Of a stretch of 64,000 bases of DNA, positions 35,908 to 45,840 are shown piece by piece. Under the pieces are notes generated by a model that worked only from the letters and a program-made list of their open reading frames with translations, was not told the origin of the DNA and searched no databases. A program made the translations under genes and the position numbers. Each line of letters begins with the position of its first letter. Position 1 is the first letter of the stretch. Origin of the DNA: Macrostomum lignano (taxonomy: Eukaryota); NCBI GenBank assembly GCA_002269645.1, contig NIVC01000922.1:1-64000 (forward strand), read 5' to 3'.

Positions 35908-37332
35908 CACAGTTACACAGAACACCAGTGACCATAGTCCATAGGCCTTGGCATAACCATAACTATCTGCCTAGGCTATCGATTGAAAAGAGTATGTAAA
36001 TAATAATACTAAATCAATTTACTTTCACTAAGCTGTTTCATGGAAAATTGTAGAGAGGGATGTGAATTTTCAATCTAGCTAAGCTAGGTGTGATTGTGAA
36101 TCCAAATCTTGCAGCATCGATCAATTTATTGAGTGGGGTGTTGTTTGAATTCTGGATGAAAGGTTAAAAACTTCAAAGAATAGCAAAAAATAGCGGTGGT
36201 AAGCATAGAAATTAAAAAGAATTATTTCTGAAAAAAACAATGATTTCGATGCGACTGCGGCCCTCAGGTAGATTGATAATCAATCTAGCGTTAAACATAC
36301 TTGTGTCAAAAGTAAAAAATGCCGTGCATAAGATAAAGTTAAATAGTTTGTTTTTTAGTTCTATATGTCAACGGTTTTTAACTTTTAAGCAACTTATTGC
36401 ATTAGTATTAATTTAGACCTAACAATGCTTTACAAAAGTTATAGCGACATACAGAGCTTTATTTTAAAATAACAGTTTGTTTAAAACCTTGTACTGTTGC
36501 ACCTCGCCATTTGACTTACTAATGCATTGTAATTTTTCGAGAAATTTCGAGATTTTATAACGTTGTCGTTATTCAACATCATTCTGATTCTTGTCTTGTC
36601 CAAGTTGTCCCGTGTGTCTCACAGGCTTGAGATCTGCATGTAGTACCGCTACTGACTGTGATGAGCTCCACAAACATATCAACGGATGACACTCGGTCGT
36701 TTTGTTATGTTATGTTGTGCTATGTTTTGCATATTCTTAGGCCTATCTTACTATCTATAGTGTTGTCCATGCAAGAAATATATTGAGCTTTTAGCTGTTA
36801 TAATTTTATGACTCACTCTAGTCATTAAACGTCGTAGTATAGTTTTTGTTTGCTAGTTGGATATCACATTCAATACAAGAAATAAAAAGTAAATCTAATT
36901 CTCATGAACTTTGACTTTTAATCTAAGTATTAGGGCCTATATTATTGTGCATGTATCATTATACTATAATATTAGGCCTATAATATTATATTACTAAAAT
37001 GACCTCTAAGGCTCTAACCAAATGCTCCATTTTTTACCAAAGGCAAAATATGTTTATCATAGATGCAACTTATTATTAAAACAACTATTTGTCACTGAAA
37101 TGCCTTATTAGGCTTAGTATAATGACCTTTATCCCATATAGGCCAACATCTTAGAATGCTCTTATTAAATGGTTTAAATTAATATTTGGTGTTTCCATAA
37201 TCTTGGGCTAGGCCCTAACAATCTTTTTGTTTTATAGCTTAAAATTTGTTTATGGTTAACCTAATAATTACCTTAACCAAATATAAATTTAGCTAATTAG
37301 GCTATAGAATTATATTCTATAATCATGCTTGG

Positions 37333-37488
37333 GCGCAACCTAGGGATTCACCTAGCTATTTCTATTGGCAACACACACATGTAAGTCGCTATTGGATAGA
37401 ATAGTAGTCACGTGACTGCTCTTAGCCAATAGCGACTTATATTTGTGTGTTGCCATTAGAAATGGCCGGGTGATTCCCAAGGTTGCGC
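37333..37488. repeat. 156-bp imperfect palindrome (foldback/MITE-like)
   Basis: Arms GCGCAACC...TGGCAACACAC...TAAGTCGCTATTGG...AGTCAC and GTGACT...CCAATAGCGACTTA...GTGTGTTGCCA...GGTTGCGC, roughly 80% complementary with no loop. No TSD found. Confidence 0.75.
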
Positions 37489-39964
37489 ATGTATGTCTAT
37501 AATCAGTATCTATGTTTTCAATGCCTATGCTTTCTGTTGCCTATCATTTTGGTGCCTTAGTTTGCCTTTCTATGTCTCAATTATAAAGTAGAATTAGAAA
37601 CAAAAATAGAAAATAAAAATAAGCATTAATTTAATAATAATTGCCTTGTAATAAAAATGAAAATGATTGATTTTCATTTTGTTAGGCTGACATTGTTTTT
37701 TTTAATCCTTTGTTTTATTTAAATTTTTTATTTGTCTAAATTTCTCAAGAAATCAAAACATGATTGCATGTTGGTCAAGAAATCAATTGATTACTAATCA
37801 ATGCTAAAAGAGATTTTTTGTATTTTATAGTTTTGATCAAAATTATATAATATATATAGCATAGTTGGTAGTTATCATTGTTACCTAACTAAGTCCTCTT
37901 AACACATATTCTAAGTGCAACTTTGTATGTATAGATATATAGCAAATGTAATCAAACTAAATAGATTTTTCAAAATTAAAAAAGCACAAGTTTAACAAAA
38001 TGGATGTTGCTTTCATTAGGAAAATAGAGTTTGGTAGAAAAATTTATTATATTGTTATTATTATTATTTTTTCCTTTGCACTTTTGGCATCAGTTTGGCA
38101 CTTGGCACCTTTATATACTTGGGAAATTTTCTTTATTTTATTATAGTACTTTTTAGATATTTGGTTCTGCTTCTTAGTATGTTTAGTCTGTATTTTGGTA
38201 TATTTCAATATTAAATTAAGAGATATAAAGTCCTATATTAAAATAGAAAGCATGCAGTATAGATAATTATAAGGGGTATGATTTTAAAGTGGTATATCTC
38301 TTCTTTCCAATGAATTTAGTCGCATGTATTATGGTCATTGCATTCAAAAGATGTGTGAAAAACCATCATAATACCACTGATAATCTTACAATGAAAGTTT
38401 AAAAATATAAAAAGCTATGTTTTGTCCTCAAGGAAACAAACTATAGTCATTCATCATCATCATCAACCTTCAATGCAGCTTTCTCAACATAGTATCCATC
38501 TGTAGCAACATACTTACTACAGGTTGAAAGACCATGGGAGAAAGTGTGCCAAACCTTGGGACTCAGCAAGTGCTCAGCTTCACAAGGTTCATGCTTGCCA
38601 GGCAATTGTGGATCATAGACCTTGGAATCTGCACCTGTTAGCCATCTTTGGAACTATGAAACATTTGTCATCCTTTAGAATATTGAATATTCAATCAGCC
38701 AAGTCTTTGTACCCTTGACACTTGACTAAGCAAAATTTTGCAATGTGCAAAACTGTCAAGATTTGTTGCCAAGTGACAGAGTGTATAAAAAAACTCAACA
38801 CAGAAGGGGGTGGACAGTAAAATAATGTTCATTGTGCATTAGAGGTGTCTTGTGTATGCTCATATACTTGTGTGCTGCAAACAAGATCTATAAAAACTGA
38901 CTAAGTTATGTGTTTCACCTTTTACTATAAGACAGACTATCAGTGGCATTGCAATGGTTTTTTCACACAACTTTTGAATGAAATGACCAAAATATGTGTA
39001 ACTGAATTCACTAGAAGGAAACTCTCATTTTGCTATGCATAAGCCTTTTGGCCATAGACATCCTGACAAGCTTGTATTTTAACCTTGTTTCGATGTGCAT
39101 TAAACTGGTAAAATATTCCCTAGATATACTTGCCTATATATAGTCAACTTCTCTACGCTTTTCCTCAACCAAATTTTCGATGTACTTTAGATGTTTTTTT
39201 CGAGTTCTAGGGACCAGTTTCTCATTTTAGTTTTATGAGTAAAGCGATCGATCAATCAATCAAGCTATAGAACTCTCGCGTGTTCTGAAGCAATGCTTTT
39301 TGTATAGCTAATACTCAAATATGCTCATATATTGATTGATACCTCCTTATCACTAATTTTTTCTTGCTAAAAGGTCTACTACAAGCCACCCATGTTTCCC
39401 GGTGCAATTACATAGCCAGCAGACTAAGCTTACAGCTGTAAAGATGCTGTTGCATTCACAGATCTGTCTGTGTTTTTGCTTCCGATCTGACACTCTGATC
39501 AGCTTGCTCTGCTTCTGCGATGCCGTTCTGAGATCTGATGGTATCTGCAGAGAGGAAAGTTGCTAGTCGCTAGTATAGTCTAGATCTACTTATTTAGAAC
39601 TCCATGCGCGATGGATAGAAAAAGCCAGCAAAGCCATTCTTGTCTTGCCTTGAGGCTGAAAATTAACTTTTCTAATCTCTTAAGACCAGCCCCCCCCCCC
39701 AAACCGAGAGGAAGCAGAGAAAGTTTCAAACAAGATTTAGAAATCGATTTCTTCCTTCAAGATTGAAATTTGTGTGAAGTAGCCTTACTATGCCAGGCAT
39801 GGATTATTATTTTCTGTAAAGTTCCGCTACTCATTGAGTTCCTTAAATTACCTTAGGTTTGTGAGTTTTTTAGGCTTGTGAACTTTTCTGCGAAATGTTT
39901 TTTTCCAACCAGTCGACCTGTAGTTAATAATTCTTAAATGGCTATGTATTGAAGCACAATGGAA

Positions 39965-40190
39965 GGGGTTTGTAGCCTAGTGGTTAGAGCGTCAGACTCA
40001 CGACTTGAAGGTCGAGAGTTCGATTCCTTGAGAAGACACTTATCTGCATTGCTTCAGTTCATCCAGCTGCAAAATGGGTGCCATCATCAGCTGGGGTAAT
40101 TGAGGCTTGTGTGGCGACCCCCCAGTCATTGGACTGAACAACCTGTCGGTTTCACATCTGCCCATTAAGGCGGGTGTAATCCATTTTTTT
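39965..40190 (+). mobile_element. tRNA-derived SINE (family A) with CORE-like central domain
   Basis: A-box TAGCCTAGTGG, B-box GAGTTCGATTCC, no tRNA 3' acceptor strand. It continues CCTTGAGAAGACACTT..GCTTCAGTTCATCCAGCTGCAAAATGGGTGCC (CORE-like) and ends at a T-run. Confidence 0.7.
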
Positions 40191-40290
40191 TATTTTATGG
40201 AAGCACACACATACATGTAGATTTCTAGATCCCACAGATTCATTTTTAGCAAACGAATTTTATATCGATTTTTTCATGTAAAACAACGCA

Positions 40291-41700
40291 ATGACGTCAT
40301 CGGCAGCCGCAGCCAATCAGCAGCAGCCTCTTGTTGGCGGAGGCGGCGGTGGCGGCGGCGGTTCAATCGAGGACCCATTCTTTGCCGTTAAATCAGATGT
40401 TGAACGCAACGTCGAGTCGGCCAGGAAACTTTTCGATCGGTGGAGCATCCTGATGAGCCAGTACAAAACCCTGGCCTCCAACCCTGTGGGCAGGCAGGAG
40501 CTAGACTATTGCCTTGGCGAGTTGCAGAACTCCCTACGCAACATCGAATGGGATCTGGACGATCTCGAAGAGACCATCGGTATTGTTGAACGAAATCCGA
40601 GGAAATTCCGTCTGGACGAATCCGAAGTGGCCGCTCGTCGCGGATTCGTCAGCGAAACTCGTCAACGAGCTCAAGAGATGAAGGCCAAGATCGAACGGCT
40701 GGAGCCGAACACTCCGGTAGCCGTGACTCCCCCGGCCACTGCCACCTCCGTCCGGCAGCCGGGGGCAGCTGGCGGCGGCAGTGCTGGCGCCTCTTCTAGC
40801 AGGCAGGCCCTGCCAAACTATGCAGAGGAGACTCAGGCTGCTCAGCAGCTGCTGCTAAGGCAACAGGATGAGACTTTAGATAGGTGAGACATAATTGTTT
40901 TTTTGCCGCACCAGACATCGCATTCTAAAGCTCAGCTCCCACCCTCTCGGATCCTCAGTTGCTGGGCCAGCCTCCCAGATCCCCAGTTGCTGGGCCAGCC
41001 TCCCAGATCCCCAGTTGCTGGGCCAGTCTCCTAGATCCTCTGTTGCTTGGCCAGCCTCCCAGATCCCCAGTTGCTGGGCCAGCCTCCCAGATCCCCAGTT
41101 GCTGGGCCAGTCTCCTAGATCCTCTGTTGCTTGGCCAGCCTCCCAGATCCCCAGTTGCTGGGCCAGCCTCCCAGATCTCCAGTTGCTGGGCCAGCCTCCC
41201 AGATCCCCAGTTGCTGGGCCAGTCTCCCAGATCCCCAGTTGCTGGGCCAGCCTCCCAGATCCCCAGTTGCTGGGCCAGCCTCCCAGATCCCCAGTTGCTG
41301 GGCCAGCCTCCCAGATCCCCAGTTGCTGGGCCAGCCTCCCAGATCCTCAGTTGCTGGACCACCATCCGCCATGGATTCAATCGAAGTGTTGCCGAGCTGT
41401 CAATCAATCTGGCATGTAAAATAAGGCGCCTTATCCCCCTCACCACCAAACCTTAGACTCAGCGGTGGCATCGGCGCACTCAAAGACATCTCGCACCGCA
41501 TGAACAGCGAACTGGAAGAGCAGGCAGTGATATTGGACGAATTCGGGCGAGAGATGGACACCACCGAAAGCAAGCTGGACACCACGATGAAGAAGATGGC
41601 CCGAGTGCTTCACATGTCTAACGATAAGCGACAGTGGACTGTGATTGGCGTGTTACTGCTAGTGCTCATAATTCTCATTGTGCTTTTGTTTGTACTGTGA
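40291..41700 (+). CDS. STX6: Syntaxin-6 (Qc-SNARE, 278 aa, 2 exons)
   Basis: Exons 40291-40883 and 41457-41700 (phase 2 join AG|A = Arg). N-terminal Habc EDPFFAVK..LRNIEWDLDDLEETIGIVERNPRKF, SNARE motif QDETLDRLSGGIGALK..ELEEQAVILD, C-terminal transmembrane anchor. Confidence 0.93.
40930..41357 (+). repeat. 28-bp dispersed minisatellite, locus 3 (STX6 intron)
   Basis: About 15 copies, mostly the GATCCCCAG variant. Confidence 0.95.
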
Positions 41701-41819
41701 ACTGGTTTTGAAACGATGGCTGATTGATGAATTGCAGTTTTCTCATTTTAATTAAAGTTGTTCTAGGAGTGCAGATCCTGAGGTCTAAATTAAAGCTTCC
41801 TACATGCAGATATCGAATC

Positions 41820-41985
41820 TAGAAGTCTGGATCCCCATCATCCCAATCCTGATTCCATTCATCTATCCCAATCCTGCTCCCATCTATCCCAATCGTGTTC
41901 CCAATTATCCCAATCCTAATCCCATTTATCCCAATCCTGCTCCTAATTATCCCATTTATCCTAATCTAGATCCCGTTGATCCCCA
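41820..41985. repeat. Degenerate ATCCCAATCCT repeat
   Basis: Short tandem motif downstream of the STX6 stop. Confidence 0.6.
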
Positions 41986-42051
41986 TCAAAATATTTGTGT
42001 TGGATTTTCAGCAGTTCAAGAATCATCATTGGCTCATTTATAACTATAATA

Positions 42052-42584
42052 TATAGCATTTTGCAGTCAAGTTTGAACTGCGGGCATTCAAATTAGACAA
42101 GAAGGGAAGAGCCAAATTTCAGAATCCGTCCCCAAGTCAAGCAGAACTTTATGTCTGTGGCACAAACTGAAACACACTGACGGGCACTCAATTTAGACAA
42201 CGGGCATTCAAATTAGACAAGCAGCGGAAAGTCTATGTGTGCCAGAGAGAAAGACCATGGACAATCCGATTCGTCGCTATGCAAGAATTTCCAGAGAGAA
42301 GCGTGACCTCATTATTGGGGCATGCCAACGTGGTGACTCTGTGGCTGAAATTGCCAACATGTTGGATGTCAAGAGATCATCAGTGTACAACAGACGCAAC
42401 ACGATCTTGAATTGCCCAGCCAATGCGCCTGAGAACTTGTCTAATTTGAATGCCCCTTGTCTAAATTAAGTGCCCACCAGTGTGATTTTGTCTAGGCCAT
42501 AGATAGCATTTGTGCCAGCAGTGAGATCTGGTCAAGCGTCTAATTTGAATGCCCGCAGTTCAAACTTGACTGCAAAATGCTATA
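42052..42584 (+). mobile_element. Internally deleted Tc1/mariner element with IR/DR ends
   Basis: 47-bp perfect inverted ends TATAGCATTTTGCAGTCAAGTTTGAACTGCGGGCATTCAAATTAGAC including TA flanks. Internal GGGCATTCAAATTAGACAAG-like repeats are mirrored on both sides. Residual ORF 42239-42469 has a Tc1-type HTH (ISREKRDLIIGACQRGDSVAEIANMLDVKRSSVYN). Confidence 0.85.
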
Positions 42585-43339
42585 ATAAGTAGTCATTTGC
42601 TTTTCGAGTTTTAATACTTAAATTATGCTTAAGTCAATGGATTTAAAAGCGTTTAAATTTTCGTGTTACTCTTTCTTTCTCTTTAATGCGTATTTTGAAT
42701 GTTGCAACAAAGCTTTATTCGGTCCGAGCGTAGCTTCTACTTGTCGATTTTGATAACAGTAGTATATGATGTACACGCTAAGACAGATTTTTATTTGGTA
42801 TCTGACAGCAATACTCTGCATGTATTCGTAATTTAACGAATAATTTGAATATCCGCAGCTGTGATGCTTCTCTCGTTGCTTGTTACCGCAAGGGTAGTCC
42901 CAGCACTGCTGTAGTTATTGTATATTAATAATGATACTCTTTGGTTTCCTACAGATATGTATAATGTATAAAACATAATACTGTACTCAGTCAAGCAAGA
43001 TACATATATTGTCTGTGTTGTTGATGTGTATAACAATAATATTTATTAATGCACTTCCTGTCTAATTATAGCATTGCATATGCATGGTGAACGACAGAGG
43101 TTTGAAAAAATAAATTTTATTAAATTTAATAGTAATAGTAATGACATTCATGGCTAATAAATAAACTTATAATAGTATATAGCACTCAGTGCCCGCTTGG
43201 TGTACAGCCTAAAATCATATTATTGAAAAATTGCAATCTTTGTCCGCCTCTTTGCCCGCAGTTTTCTTTGTTAAACACTTGCTTACATTGTACATACTTA
43301 ATTTGGGTGCTGGAATAAGAGCTGCCGCTATAAATAGGA

Positions 43340-43615
43340 TCAGGGGTGCTAGATAGGGTCAGGGGTGCTAGATGGGGGTCAGGGGTGCTAGATAGGGTCA
43401 GGGGTGCTAGATGGGGTCAGGGGTGCTAGATTGGGTCAGGGGGTGCTAGATAGGGTCAGTGGGTGCTAGATAGGGTCAGGGATGCTAGATAGGGTCACGG
43501 GTGCTAGATAGGGTCAGGGGGTGCTAGATGGGGTCAGGGGTGCTAGATGGGGGTCAGGGGTGCTAGATGGAGTCAGTGGGTGCTAAATGGGGTCAGTGGG
43601 TGCTATATGGGGTCA
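43340..43615. repeat. ~19-20-bp minisatellite (GGGTCAGGGGTGCTAGAT)
   Basis: About 14 tandem copies. Confidence 0.9.
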
Positions 43616-45094
43616 TGCAGTGCAGTGAAAATTGATGGCGAACTGTCAAACAATTCTAACAGAAAATGAACATACCACAGCAAGCCCAGAAGATATAAAC
43701 AGGCACAATATCTGCCGATATATTAGGAAACAGAACCAGACAGAACAAGTGCCTAGTAATAAATTTGGTGGAAATTTATTTGCTAAAAGTATGTAGGCTT
43801 CCTTTTACAAATTTTAATCCAAACTTAGAAACAGTTTATAGTCAAATTTGTGCCCTAGCGTCTGACAAACCAACAGAGTACATAATAATAACTGATTATA
43901 AAAAGGCAGATTGAGATTCTTTCGCATCAAATAAGAAATCATTTTAGAAAAACAGCTTTAATTCAACAGTAGCAATGCATATAGATATGCTACCGAACTA
44001 TTATAAACTTGTAACGATAGGGTAGAAAATTGAGAGAAAAACTATTAAACAAATCGATTATATTGATAGTTCACACATGTCATCTGTTATCAGGTTTAAA
44101 GTTTTTGCGCTCATTTCAGTGACTGCTTTGTTGAGTAAATATCACAGAGCTATACTGGTATGCTTCTTGCCTCTTGACTAATGCTTGATTTGCAAAGAAT
44201 GAGCGCAAGAACTTGCCTGTAACACAACCTGATAAGCTAACCAATTAGTACGGAACCGAACTTGAACAGTAGGGAAAAAGAACACAAAGGATTGCAGCTT
44301 GATCGAAATTGTTGAAACAACTTTATTTAAATATTTAAAAAACGTAAGAAGACGGACAGGAAACTTTATTATGATTACACAATTATGATAGAGGCATAAT
44401 TAAATTAGAAAATGCAAGTAAATAATTTATATACACAGAACTGGACAGATGTTTAAATAACAAAGAAGTAAAGACAATTTTGATTCAACTTCTAGCAGAG
44501 CATAGAAATATGTTTTATGCAACAAACTGAAGCGAATAAAAACACACATTGTGTTCATATTCGACTTTGGGAGTTTGGTGTACAACAGAATGCCAAATAC
44601 TGACTGCAATATCCTAGCAGTTTTTGGGAAAGGTTTGTTGTCTTTCAAATCGCAACAATTTCAACAAAATAAAAGTACGAAAATTGCATCACAGTGGTAA
44701 GCCAGTCGGTAAATTACTGATCAATCGAGCTTTTTGAAAATTGAACTCAAATTTTGTGAGCAAACACATTTAAATTCGGGCGATCGAATAATATTGGGCC
44801 AGATACTAACTGCACGCAGGTTTGTGTGTTTAGTGCATGAATGCTTTAGGCGCGATAATATGAAGAGACAAATAAATAAGCAAATAAATTCTATTTAACG
44901 GTTGCAAGGTGGGCAGTGGGAGCATAATTTACAATTAAATAACACAAAAAAATTAATTGTCAGGCTAAATAACAGCAAAGCAAATTTCATAAGAGGCGAT
45001 CAAACAAAGATAGCAGAAGCTACAATTTTTATTAGATCATTCAATTTTGGTTTGTCTTAAAAATATACAAAATATCGCTTATAAAAAAACAGCT

Positions 45095-45455
45095 TGCAGG
45101 CTTATCAAAGGAGTTTATGGGGCAGTGGGAGGCTTATCAATCAAAGCAGTTTATGGGGCAGTGGGAGGCTTATCAATCAAAGGAGTTTATGGGGTAGCGG
45201 AAGGCTTATCAATCAAAGCAGTTTATGGGGCAGTGGGAGGATTATCAATCAAAGCAGTTTATGGGGCAGTGGGAGGCTTATCAATCAAAGCAGTTTATGG
45301 GGCAGCGGGAGGCTTATCAATCAAAGCAGTTTATGGGGCAGCGGGAGGCTTATCAATCAAAGCAGTTTATGGGGCAGCGGAAGGCTTATCAATCAAAGCA
45401 GTTTATGGGGCAGCGGGAGGCTTATCAATCAAAGCAGTTTATGGGGCAGCGAGCG
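45095..45455. repeat. 36-bp minisatellite downstream of the 951-aa ORF
   Basis: ATCAATCAAAGCAGTTTATGGGGCAGCGGGAGGCTT x~10. Confidence 0.93.
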
Positions 45456-45840
45456 GACTAACAAAAAAACTTACAGATACATTAAGCTAAGAAATAACAA
45501 AGCAAAAATTGTTCAGAAAACAAGAAGCAATTCAAAAGGCAGAGAACGAGTGCTGCCTATATAGAGGAGAGAAAAAAACAGATCAAGTTATATCGATGCA
45601 CAAGCGCTCATATATGCATTGCGGTGCGAAAGCGACAAATTAAAAGTACAAAAAATGTGGATTGTTTGTACACAGCTGCAACGAAGGATTAAAGGTAATT
45701 AATATAAAATATTATACCATCAATATTAATAGATACCTTTTAGCTTTACTAGAAACTTCAACTATGCAGCTGCGACATACAATTTAAAGCAGAAAAACTG
45801 AAACCTACAAGTTAATGCCGTGCCATAATAAAAATTTGAT

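Noticed and set aside
39965-40035. tRNA gene
   Set aside because: A and B boxes are present but there is no 3' acceptor-stem strand; it continues into a SINE body.
45047-45564. SIKAVYGAAGGL repeat protein
   Set aside because: 36-bp minisatellite with no ATG start in that frame and no splice support.
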